A stretch of 40,310 nucleotides of DNA from a virus: the IMG/VR virus record IMGVR_UViG_3300045988_159991, positions 1 to 40,310 of that record. One strand, 5' to 3'. The notes beneath the pieces are model-generated. The model was not told the origin of the DNA. It saw only the letters and a program-made list of their open reading frames with translations, and ran no database searches. Positions 7,771-14,963 of this stretch are shown here, one piece after another; position 1 is the first letter of the stretch; each line of letters begins with the position of its first letter. Made by a program: the position numbers and the translations under genes.

Positions 7771-7878
7771 ATGACCGACGCTAGTGCTTATGACAGTATA
7801 GTAGCGCAGATCGCCCAGCAGGTCAATATGAGTTATCCACAGTTTATGTTTTTATTACATCGTTATTATAGTGCTTAA
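7771..7878 (+). CDS. Possible 35-aa ORF in the divergent control region
   Basis: gaggacaacATG mimics the cassette RBS. The product is MTDASAYDSIVAQIAQQVNMSYPQFMFLLHRYYSA. Its RBS and start lie in the loop of the 10-bp inverted repeat at 7735-7789. Confidence 0.3.
   Translation: MTDASAYDSIVAQIAQQVNMSYPQFMFLLHRYYSA
7827..7841 (+). promoter_or_regulatory. DnaA-box-like site (TATGAGTTATCCACA) upstream of P2
   Basis: A perfect TTATCCACA at 7833-7841. The same 15-mer occurs at 10247-10261. Both end exactly 40 bp before the -35 hexamer. Confidence 0.6.
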
Positions 7879-7881
7879 GTC

Positions 7882-7939
7882 TTGCTTTTCAATAAGCACT
7901 TTGCTACTATAATAGTGTCAAGTTAATAAGGAGGACAGC
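7882..7939 (+). promoter_or_regulatory. Early promoter-leader cassette P2
   Basis: TTGCTT, then N14, TGc, TACTAT, then aatagtgtcaagttaataAGGAGGacagc and the ATG at 7940. Confidence 0.75.
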
Positions 7940-8698
7940 ATGACAGAAGTAGTAGATATTAAGAAAGCTATCAGAAGCTATCTGAGCAGCAATATTAAGA
8001 AGCAGATGGCGATCGAGAATAGGATTATCGGTCATTATCTGGACAGAAATGCGTGCTATATCAGCGACGTAGCGATTATCAAATACTATTTAGCTGATGA
8101 TCCTGATGTAGAAGAGATTTGGCAACTTTTTGATATTAGAGATACAAAGCAGAATAGAGAAGAGTTTTATCAGATGCTACTCGATTGTCTTGACAAGCGA
8201 AGAATTGCTGTCAAAGTATGGCGCAAGCGTAACAACAGTAGTGCATTTATGAACGATTATGATGTTGAGCTTGGCGTCTTCTATCTGATGTATCAAGATC
8301 CAAGACATGCGCTATCAGACGAATACGCGATTGTTCGTAAAGAGATGGTCAAGAATGCTATGACTAAAGTTTTCTTTAGTCACAAGCTATATCAGACTAG
8401 ACAAGATATTCTTAAACGTGTCGAGAAAGTAGCTGTTGAGGATAAAGACTGGGATAAGAATCCCGGCATAAAAGCAACGGGTGAGTTGCAAGATATCTCT
8501 AAAGAGGTAGTTGATGCTGTATTGGACACGTTAAAGCTGACTATGCACGATATCATTTACGAAGCAGTCGGTTTAGGCTGGTTTGAAAGCAAAGACTCTC
8601 TTATAATTCGAGACATGAGCTGGGTAGCTTACGAGATTGTTGAGAAGTTGGCTATCGAGGCTAGGCTTGGCGCATCGGATTATCTGTACTACAGATAA
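7940..8698 (+). CDS. Hypothetical early protein (252 aa)
   Basis: ORF directly behind P2. No motif recognised. Confidence 0.85.
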   Translation: MTEVVDIKKAIRSYLSSNIKKQMAIENRIIGHYLDRNACYISDVAIIKYYLADDPDVEEIWQLFDIRDTKQNREEFYQMLLDCLDKRRIAVKVWRKRNNSSAFMNDYDVELGVFYLMYQDPRHALSDEYAIVRKEMVKNAMTKVFFSHKLYQTRQDILKRVEKVAVEDKDWDKNPGIKATGELQDISKEVVDAVLDTLKLTMHDIIYEAVGLGWFESKDSLIIRDMSWVAYEIVEKLAIEARLGASDYLYYR

Positions 8699-8708
8699 TG
8701 AGTAAAAA

Positions 8709-8738
8709 TTATACCCTCTTATAAAAAAGAGGGTATAA
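8709..8738. terminator. Perfect 12-bp hairpin (attenuator, or terminator for antisense transcription)
   Basis: Arms ttataccctctt / aagagggtataa with loop ataaaa. The T-run (ttttt) follows only on the minus strand; the plus-strand tail is weak (tctagttt). Confidence 0.5.
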
Positions 8739-8776
8739 TCTAGTTTAGCAGTTAGTTAAAACTAAAGGAGGTTATT

Positions 8777-9094
8777 ATGACTGCAGATAACAACACACCT
8801 GGTTTTATTGTACCAGATGTAGGTGAGAAGTCAAGGTTTCATGTTGACACTTTTGACTCTACAATTCTTTATGACAATAGCATGACCAGTAACCAGAAGA
8901 TAGTTTACTTCTACTACTGTCAACACGACCAGATTAGCGAGACGGCTGAGCAAGTCGCTAGCTTTCTTTATTTAGGCGTCAGCACCGTGAAAGAGGCGTG
9001 GCGTCGGCTTGAGGAAGATGGCTATTTGAAGTTAATTGAAAGAAGGGGGCGGGTACGAACGTATTCTGCCATTTTTAAGTGCGGGCTGTGGTAA
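8777..9094 (+). CDS. Winged-helix DNA-binding protein (105 aa)
   Basis: SD AAAGGAGG. AEQVASFLYLGVSTVKEAWRRLEEDGYLKLIERRG is a MarR/DnaD-type wHTH pattern, paralogous to the N-terminus of the next gene. Confidence 0.75.
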   Translation: MTADNNTPGFIVPDVGEKSRFHVDTFDSTILYDNSMTSNQKIVYFYYCQHDQISETAEQVASFLYLGVSTVKEAWRRLEEDGYLKLIERRGRVRTYSAIFKCGLW

Positions 9095-9119
9095 AGAATA
9101 AGGAATAAGGAGGGAGAAC

Positions 9120-9998
9120 ATGCCAAGCAAAAATAAGCAAAACTATCTATTAACGCCACAATCGCTTTTTGCGTGTGATAAGTTCAGCTTAGCCGAGAAG
9201 GTGGTATTGGCTAGGGCGATGAGTTTCGGTAATCATCGCTATTACGAGTCGGTCGAGAAGACAGCATCGTTCTTGGGCATAAGCGAGTCGGTAGTTGAAA
9301 AGGCGAGGGCTAAGTTTATCAAGCTAGGCTACTTTAAGAAGGTCGGCTATAGCAACAATAGGGTAGTTTATGAAGTATGCGACGACATTATCGAGAAAGA
9401 TTGTCAAGTGAGAAGAATTACAAAAAATGACATTTCTTTTTGCCCGAAACAATCGCAGAATATGCAACCAACAATCGCAGAATCTGCGATTTCTCAAAAC
9501 GATACATATATATATAATAATAAAGAAGATAATAAAGATATAACCCCCCTTACCCCCCTTAGGGGGGCAGTGGCTGTCCAAAAAGTTAAAAATGATGAAA
9601 AAGAAGAGGTTGACAATATCTTCAATTTATGGCTTAGCTGTTTTGGGCTTTCAGGGCGCAAATTGACGCCCGGTCGGCAAGTGAAGATTAGGCGTCGTTT
9701 GAAGGATTGCGGTAAAGAGCAACTGGAGCTGGCTATCCAGAACGCCAGTCAGGACTACTTCTACCGTGGCGACAATGACCGTGGCTGGCAGGCGGATATC
9801 GACTACATCTGCCGTTCAGCCGAGATTGTCGAACGGTTGGCGAATATGACGCCTAGAGCCGAAAAGAAGCTGACCTGGTGGGAGAGAAAGCAGAAAGAAG
9901 AAGATGAGGAGCGGGAAGAGAGAATTAGACATCCAAAATATGACGAATTTGGTAGAGAAGCGCGAAGCGATGAAGAAGGGAACTTAGTCTATGTTTAG
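9120..9998 (+). CDS. Replisome organiser / replication initiator (N-terminal wHTH plus C-terminal conserved phage domain)
   Basis: The N-terminus has a wHTH (TASFLGISESVVEKARAKFIKLGYFKK). The C-terminal segment FNLWLSCFGLSGRKLTPGRQVKIRRRLKD...YFYRGDNDRGWQADIDYICR resembles the phage replication-protein C-terminal domain (Phg_2220_C-like, recalled from memory). An ori-like repeat cluster lies inside the gene. Confidence 0.7.
   Translation: MPSKNKQNYLLTPQSLFACDKFSLAEKVVLARAMSFGNHRYYESVEKTASFLGISESVVEKARAKFIKLGYFKKVGYSNNRVVYEVCDDIIEKDCQVRRITKNDISFCPKQSQNMQPTIAESAISQNDTYIYNNKEDNKDITPLTPLRGAVAVQKVKNDEKEEVDNIFNLWLSCFGLSGRKLTPGRQVKIRRRLKDCGKEQLELAIQNASQDYFYRGDNDRGWQADIDYICRSAEIVERLANMTPRAEKKLTWWERKQKEEDEEREERIRHPKYDEFGREARSDEEGNLVYV
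9448..9567. other. Candidate origin of replication inside the organiser gene
   Basis: Two 14-bp iterons (aacaatcgcagaat) at 9448 and 9470, 22 bp apart. A 17-bp palindrome atcgcagaatctgcgat (9474-9490). An AT-rich run of about 40 bp (9503-9543). Then cccccctta cccccctta gggggg (9544-9567). Confidence 0.55.
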
Positions 9999-10251
9999 TA
10001 TGAAAGAACCAGTTGCGCTGTGGAGCTGGCGAAAAAAGTTTTTCAAGAAGGTAGATCTTAGAAGCCCATTTTTAAGCAATCCGAGCTATATCAAGCTGTA
10101 TGAGACCACAGCTGGTGCTTGGCTAGCCTGGCGAGCGGTAGCAAAGATCGAGGATGGCAAAGTCACATTTTCAGAAGGATCAGAGCCGGTCAGCGTCTAT
10201 GAAGACGCTAGGTTAGATAGCATCTATGCTCAGCGTCACCCATATCTATGA
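9991..10251 (+). CDS. Hypothetical protein (86 aa)
   Basis: ORF overlapping the end of the organiser gene by 8 nt. Its stop lies within the DnaA-box-like 15-mer. Confidence 0.7.
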   Translation: MFSMKEPVALWSWRKKFFKKVDLRSPFLSNPSYIKLYETTAGAWLAWRAVAKIEDGKVTFSEGSEPVSVYEDARLDSIYAQRHPYL

Positions 10252-10261
10252 GTTATCCACA
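10247..10261 (+). promoter_or_regulatory. DnaA-box-like site (TATGAGTTATCCACA) upstream of P3
   Basis: A perfect TTATCCACA at 10253-10261, 40 bp before the TTGACA at 10302. Confidence 0.6.
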
Positions 10262-10301
10262 TTACGTTGTAAATAAAGTCATGATCGCATAAGTATACCG
10301 C

Positions 10302-10356
10302 TTGACATATTCAAAGCACTATGAGACAATAATAATGTCAAAGAAAGGAGGACAAC
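10302..10356 (+). promoter_or_regulatory. Early/middle promoter-leader cassette P3
   Basis: TTGACA, then N14, TGa, GACAAT, then aataatgtcaaagaaAGGAGGacaac and the ATG at 10357. Confidence 0.7.
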
Positions 10357-10599
10357 ATGAACGACGACAACGGTAACGAGATCAAGGGATTGGCAGTAGC
10401 CTATGATGGTTGCCATAAGATTTACATCTGTGAGACTGAGGCTGATATCGATCGGATGAAGAAGTTAAACTATCAGATCCACGATATGAGTGAGCTAGAG
10501 GATATCTACAACAGGTCTTGTAGTCTGAGGTTTATCAACAGCGCAGATCTGAAGAAGTGCTTTGTAGCACAAAGGTTAGATGACGACGATGAGTACTAA
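10357..10599 (+). CDS. Hypothetical acidic protein (80 aa)
   Basis: ORF directly behind P3 with AGGAGG. Confidence 0.85.
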   Translation: MNDDNGNEIKGLAVAYDGCHKIYICETEADIDRMKKLNYQIHDMSELEDIYNRSCSLRFINSADLKKCFVAQRLDDDDEY

Positions 10600-11497
10600 C
10601 AACAACGCTGTCGTGCCTCTCGACAAGTACTTGCGCCAAAACGCAATCCAGCAACGCTTATTGGAGAGGCTATCCGAAAGTGAAATGAGGAGCTTTGCTG
10701 CTGAGCTAATGGACGTTTACAAAAGCAATCCAAAGTTACAGGAGTGTCCGCCCGCGTCAGTAACGTCAGCCGGCCTGATCGCTAATACGATCGGACTGTC
10801 GCTGAATAGCAATCTCGGCTTAGCATTTTTAGTGCCGTATAAAAAAGGTGAGGCTGGATATCGATGCCAATTCCAGATCGGCTATAAGGGGTTGATGCAG
10901 CTGGCTTTGGCGTCGGGTGCTTATTCACGAGTGAACGCCAGCGACGTTAAAGAAGGTGAGTTGACCAGCAGGGATCGGCTAACAGGTGAGTTTGATTTTG
11001 ACTGGGAGATGGACGAGATTGCACGTGAAAAGTTAAAGACGATTGGTTATGTAGCGTTCTTTAGGCTGAACAACGGTTTTGAGAAAATGTTATACATGAC
11101 TAACGAACAATTGTATGATCACGCCAAGAAGTTTTCAAAAAGCTTTGGCGGTAAGTATCCAAAAAGCAGTCTCTGGCATACCGATTTTGAGTCGATGGCT
11201 AAGAAAACTGTATTGAAGCTGTTGCTGAGTAAGTTTGGACCGATATCGCCAAAGCTATCGATGGCGATCCGAGATGATCAGAAAGTCGACGGAAAATACG
11301 TCGATAATCCAGATAACAACCATGAAGGTGCTGATTTTCAAGCTAAGCGGGCTGAGATGAAAAATAACTTAAAGAAAGAGGAGGATGGAAAGACTGAACA
11401 CATAGAAGAAGCAGAGATTGTTACTGATGAGAGTCAGATATCTGAAGAAGAATTGGAGCTGATATTTAACAGTTGTGAAGAAGGATACAATGGTTAA
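10580..11497 (+). CDS. recT: RecT-family single-strand annealing protein
   Basis: LAFLVPYKKGEAGYRCQFQIGYKGLMQLALASGAYSRVNASDVKEGE is the RecT core pattern. The C-terminal tail is acidic. An alternative ATG is at 10589. Confidence 0.85.
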   Translation: MTTMSTNNNAVVPLDKYLRQNAIQQRLLERLSESEMRSFAAELMDVYKSNPKLQECPPASVTSAGLIANTIGLSLNSNLGLAFLVPYKKGEAGYRCQFQIGYKGLMQLALASGAYSRVNASDVKEGELTSRDRLTGEFDFDWEMDEIAREKLKTIGYVAFFRLNNGFEKMLYMTNEQLYDHAKKFSKSFGGKYPKSSLWHTDFESMAKKTVLKLLLSKFGPISPKLSMAIRDDQKVDGKYVDNPDNNHEGADFQAKRAEMKNNLKKEEDGKTEHIEEAEIVTDESQISEEELELIFNSCEEGYNG

Positions 11498-12473
11498 AAT
11501 AATACCGATATCGCAAGATACCGAGCGTGATGCTTGGATGGAGTTTAGACGAGGCAAAATTACGGGGACGTCGATTGGCAAGCTGTATGGTAAGACCAGA
11601 AGCAAAGTGGATAAAGAGCAATATGGTGTTTTCAATGACAAGCCTAACCAGGCTTTATGGAAAATTGTTGCTGAACGGATCGCTGTCGGCGATGATGGCG
11701 AGCCACCCCGAGAGAGAGGAATAAGGCTTGAGCATACAGCTTGTAAGCTGGCAGTTAAGAAACTTGGGCTGAAGCACGGCGAATATAACGGCTATGTTTT
11801 TCAATCTGAAGTATCAGAATACGCCATGTCGTCACCTGATAACTTTGAGCACGTCGATAACCCGACTTGGTTGATGGAGATTAAATGTCTATCAACGGCT
11901 AATCACTTGAAGATGGTCTTTGAAGGGGTCGTCGATGAAGAGTATCGCTGGCAAGTAGCTGATAGTTTTCTGAATTGCCCAAGTGCTAAAGTACTTTATT
12001 TTGTCTTGTTTGACCCAAGAGTAGTAATTGATGAGTTAGCACTGCACATCATCACCGTGAAGCGTGAAGATATCACTGATGATATTGAGACATTAGCCCA
12101 AGTGCGAGACCGAGCGTTGAAGCAGATTGACAATATTTTGGAGCAATTGAATGATATTGCTAAGAATAAGACAAAAGAGGAGGGCTTGCTAGACGATGAT
12201 GATATTAAGGCGATTGGAGCTGATGACGGGATCAGACAATACTACCCGGAAGAAGATGGCGAGGCGGGTGCGGAATTACCCGATCTACCAGAGTTGCCCG
12301 TACTGCCCGAAGAACCGGATGTATCTAGCTCATTGTCTGGCGAGTTATCTGGCGGAGAGAGAGGCGACATTGAGGCAGAGGGAAAAAATATGGCGAGCAA
12401 TGCAGTCTGTAGAAAGCAACGAGCAGGCAAAAAGATTGAAGAAACGCTGGAGCGAGCTAAGGAGATATTCTAA
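11490..12473 (+). CDS. YqaJ / lambda-Exo-like PD-(D/E)XK recombination exonuclease
   Basis: KITGTSIGKLYG and SSPDNFEH...WLMEIKCLS form a PD..ExK motif. It is paired with recT. The ATG at 11490 has GAAGGA 5 nt upstream; the ORF-track GTG at 11475 is less likely. A long acidic/Pro-rich C-terminal extension follows. Confidence 0.8.
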   Translation: MVKIIPISQDTERDAWMEFRRGKITGTSIGKLYGKTRSKVDKEQYGVFNDKPNQALWKIVAERIAVGDDGEPPRERGIRLEHTACKLAVKKLGLKHGEYNGYVFQSEVSEYAMSSPDNFEHVDNPTWLMEIKCLSTANHLKMVFEGVVDEEYRWQVADSFLNCPSAKVLYFVLFDPRVVIDELALHIITVKREDITDDIETLAQVRDRALKQIDNILEQLNDIAKNKTKEEGLLDDDDIKAIGADDGIRQYYPEEDGEAGAELPDLPELPVLPEEPDVSSSLSGELSGGERGDIEAEGKNMASNAVCRKQRAGKKIEETLERAKEIF

Positions 12474-13048
12474 TGGCGGGAACTAAAATAGGTGCCAAGA
12501 AAGCATCTAACACAATGAAGAAACGGTACGGCAATGATTATTACAGTCGGATCGGTAAGGTTGGCGGTCAGAACGGTCGTACGGGCGGTTTTTATGCTGA
12601 CCGTGAAGTGGCTAGAAGCGCAGGTGCTAAAGGCGATCGGATCAGCAAGCGTGGTAGCGTCAAGGATAAAAATAAACGACCACTTTGGACTCTGCTAATA
12701 AATTGGCGTCGGATTGTCAAAGAATACATTAGCGAGCATGCACATGACATAGCATACGACGTCGTAGATACAGCTTACGGCAAGGGCGTTAGCGTGGATG
12801 ATTTGTCTGATGCGAATATTGCGGCTGGATACTCAGCCGGCGACCTGGCTGATATATATATGGACGAGATTATCGAAGAAGTCGACACTACAGACGGTGC
12901 TTATGAGCCAAGTGAGTATGTTAGTAACAATTTATACAACATCCTTGCTGATGCTTTGCTAGACTACATCACCGACTCAAAACAGAGTGATCTGTATTGG
13001 CAGGCTTACTGTGAGTTTAAGGATGTGCAAGCGCGTGACGATGGATAG
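12473..13048 (+). CDS. KGG-repeat (YciG/GsiB-like stress-protein motif) protein with an acidic C-terminal domain
   Basis: YGNDYYSRIGKVGGQNGRTGGFYADREVARSAGAKG matches the KGG stress-repeat pattern. SD AAGGAG at 8 nt. Confidence 0.7.
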   Translation: MAGTKIGAKKASNTMKKRYGNDYYSRIGKVGGQNGRTGGFYADREVARSAGAKGDRISKRGSVKDKNKRPLWTLLINWRRIVKEYISEHAHDIAYDVVDTAYGKGVSVDDLSDANIAAGYSAGDLADIYMDEIIEEVDTTDGAYEPSEYVSNNLYNILADALLDYITDSKQSDLYWQAYCEFKDVQARDDG

Positions 13049-13382
13049 TATGCGCTTAAAGTCTATATCGTGCGGTGGGTTATACATGGCCTGCAAGAGG
13101 AGCGAGAAGTTTACTCTCTATCCGTGGGGTAACTTAGGCTACAAGGGGCTGATAGTTGTAACGATCAGCATGAAGTCTCATTATCGCAAGGCTGATGGGC
13201 GTTGGGCAACTAACCGTCTAAGAGAGCTATCTTTGCTAAGCAGTACGCTGGCTGACAGTTATGGGTATGCGATAGTCGTAGCCAGATCTGACGAGGAGGC
13301 TAACGATATTGCAACCTCATACGCTGACGGCAAGCCCGAAGCTAGACGTCTTATCCGATATTTTCAAGGCGTTGTAGATTAG
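13041..13382 (+). CDS. Hypothetical protein (about 113 aa)
   Basis: The ORF-track start at 12987 overlaps the upstream gene by 62 nt. The ATGs at 13041 and 13050 are more plausible, but neither has a clear SD. Confidence 0.6.
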   Translation: MDSMRLKSISCGGLYMACKRSEKFTLYPWGNLGYKGLIVVTISMKSHYRKADGRWATNRLRELSLLSSTLADSYGYAIVVARSDEEANDIATSYADGKPEARRLIRYFQGVVD

Positions 13383-13391
13383 GCATACCAC

Positions 13392-13446
13392 TTGACTTTC
13401 TATAAGCACTATGAGATACTAATAGTGTCAAAGAAAGGAGGACAAC
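13392..13446 (+). promoter_or_regulatory. Early/middle promoter-leader cassette P4
   Basis: TTGACT, then N14, TGa, GATACT, then aatagtgtcaaagaaAGGAGGacaac and the ATG at 13447. Confidence 0.7.
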
Positions 13447-13617
13447 ATGAACGAAGCAAGCCAGCGTAAGTATCACTGGCGCAACGGTCGAGTGATAATT
13501 GAGCGAGAGATTATCGACGACCATAACGATAAAAGCATTGCGATAGGCTTAGGGATAGTACTTCTATTATTCTTACAACTAGCAATACATGCTTTTGGAG
13601 CATTACTCATAGGATAA
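13447..13617 (+). CDS. Small membrane protein (56 aa), absent from the ORF track
   Basis: Translated by hand: MNEASQRKYHWRNGRVIIEREIIDDHNDKSIAIGLGIVLLLFLQLAIHAFGALLIG. It occupies the same position behind the cassette RBS as the other three first genes. Confidence 0.75.
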   Translation: MNEASQRKYHWRNGRVIIEREIIDDHNDKSIAIGLGIVLLLFLQLAIHAFGALLIG

Positions 13618-13620
13618 TGT

Positions 13621-13905
13621 ATGTGTAGCGGTTTTTCTAAAGAGGAGGGATTACGGGTAAAAGTACTAAGAAAGCTAGCCCAGCCATTCAAAAAGCTCAG
13701 GCTAAGCAAGCTGTCACTGGTAGCCGATTATCTAGGTTCAAGATTTACTTTGAAGCGATTTAACGGCAAGGCTAGACAGACTAAGTGTGAGGTCGAGCGT
13801 CGTCATAAGATATTCAACGATACAAGACCTCACGACGACACGGACGACTTGATAGAAGCATTAGAGTTTGAAAACTTTATGCGAGACGAATATGAGAAAA
13901 AGTAA
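13621..13905 (+). CDS. Hypothetical basic protein (94 aa)
   Basis: The ATG is 3 nt after the previous stop (coupled). There is no own SD. Confidence 0.6.
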   Translation: MCSGFSKEEGLRVKVLRKLAQPFKKLRLSKLSLVADYLGSRFTLKRFNGKARQTKCEVERRHKIFNDTRPHDDTDDLIEALEFENFMRDEYEKK

Positions 13906-13925
13906 TTTAACTTAAGGAGATAGTA

Positions 13926-14156
13926 ATGAGTAAGCTGACGCACGAAAAACTTCTGGAGTCGAAGCATAACTTCGACTTAGATATGGAGGTTATCTTTGCG
14001 CTTATGGGCGTGTTGCACAACGGTGGCTTAAGCGAGAGTGCCGTCACTGATATCGCCGATAAGCTAGAAAGTTATGTAATTGCCACTAGAGATATGTATA
14101 AAGACTTATGGCGATATGTCGATGAGACTGCGCCGAGCGAGAAAGGAGAGAAGTGA
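13926..14156 (+). CDS. Hypothetical protein (76 aa)
   Basis: ORF with SD AAGGAG. Confidence 0.8.
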   Translation: MSKLTHEKLLESKHNFDLDMEVIFALMGVLHNGGLSESAVTDIADKLESYVIATRDMYKDLWRYVDETAPSEKGEK

Positions 14157-14644
14157 ATAAAAAGTCAATTCTTGATCCGTGTTGCGGTGGCAAGATGTTT
14201 TACTTCGACAAGCATCATCCGCTCGTCATATGTGGCGATGTGCGTCAAGAGTCCGTCTCTATGACCGATCGGGGCAAGCTTAGGTCTCTGGACATTACTC
14301 CGGATGTGATACTGGACTTTACCTGTATGCCGTTTTTGGACGATAGCTTTAGCTTCGTGGTTTTTGACCCGCCTCACCTCATAAATTGCGGGAAGAACAG
14401 TTGGCTGGCGAAGAAGTATGGCAAGCTCGATAAGGACAATTGGCAAGAGACATTGAGCGCAGGCTTGAGCGAATGTATACGTGTGGTTAAGCCCGGTTGT
14501 GTTGTAGCTATGAAGTGGAGCGAGGGTGACATATCGACGGCTAAACTTCTAAAGGCATTGCCCTATAGCCCAGCCTTTGGCGATAAACAGGGCAAGAAGC
14601 GATGGTTGTTTTTTATTAAAGGAATGAAAGGAGGACAACAATGA
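14153..14644 (+). CDS. Small SAM-dependent amino-methyltransferase (DPPH motif), putative DNA N6-A/N4-C methylase
   Basis: Motif I-like ILDPCCGGKMF comes before motif IV FDPPHL. GTG start overlaps the previous stop (GTGA). 163 aa. No partner restriction gene. Confidence 0.55.
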   Translation: MNKKSILDPCCGGKMFYFDKHHPLVICGDVRQESVSMTDRGKLRSLDITPDVILDFTCMPFLDDSFSFVVFDPPHLINCGKNSWLAKKYGKLDKDNWQETLSAGLSECIRVVKPGCVVAMKWSEGDISTAKLLKALPYSPAFGDKQGKKRWLFFIKGMKGGQQ

Positions 14645-14952
14645 TTGATGAAGAGGTTATTGCTACAACAACAGCGTGTGTAGACTTGGGACAGCTTGCA
14701 AAAGCGGTTGCGGCTGTCTGTGCAATGATTGAAGCGGTTATCGAGCGACATGACGATACATCGACAAGTTTTAACGATGAGATACTTGCGCTAGGCAATG
14801 AAATGAAAGTTCATGCCGGCCATATCTACAATGTGGCAATCGAGTTCAGTGATGACGTCTCGCTTACAACTAAGATTAGGATTAAGTCTGAAATTGACAA
14901 GCTGGATAACCTCATCGATGCGTATGAGCAGGTTCAGAAGAAGTCTAAATAA
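14641..14952 (+). CDS. Hypothetical helical protein A1 (103 aa), paralogue of 15725..16048
   Basis: Shared blocks include KAVxxVCAMxEAxIExxDDxST, LGNEMKxHA and TTKIxIKSEIDKLDxLIDAxEQVQKK. Confidence 0.85.
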   Translation: MIDEEVIATTTACVDLGQLAKAVAAVCAMIEAVIERHDDTSTSFNDEILALGNEMKVHAGHIYNVAIEFSDDVSLTTKIRIKSEIDKLDNLIDAYEQVQKKSK

Positions 14953-14963
14953 GAAAGGAGTGG

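Noticed and set aside
7630-9120. A search for a lysogeny module (integrase, CI/Cro-type switch, attP) in the divergent control region and its neighbouring genes.
   Set aside because: No integrase or recombinase-like ORF exists anywhere in the window. The wHTH proteins look like replication-organiser paralogues rather than repressors. The phage is provisionally considered virulent, but this cannot be proven from sequence alone.
12196-12486. A +2-frame 96-aa ORF overlapping the 3' end of the exonuclease gene, with a CPYC...HC motif and a helical basic tail that looks superficially protein-like.
   Set aside because: All three frames are open in this purine-rich, low-complexity stretch, and 12242..12430 is also open on the minus strand. 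There is no SD before its ATG. The main frame ends in a clean TAATG coupling to the next gene. I cannot exclude a real overlapping gene without comparative data.
13473-13709. A minus-strand 78-aa ORF listed in the track behind promoter cassette P4.
   Set aside because: It is antisense to the cassette-driven 56-aa ORF, which has a perfect AGGAGG-N6-ATG, and to the following 94-aa ORF. It has no promoter or SD on the minus strand.
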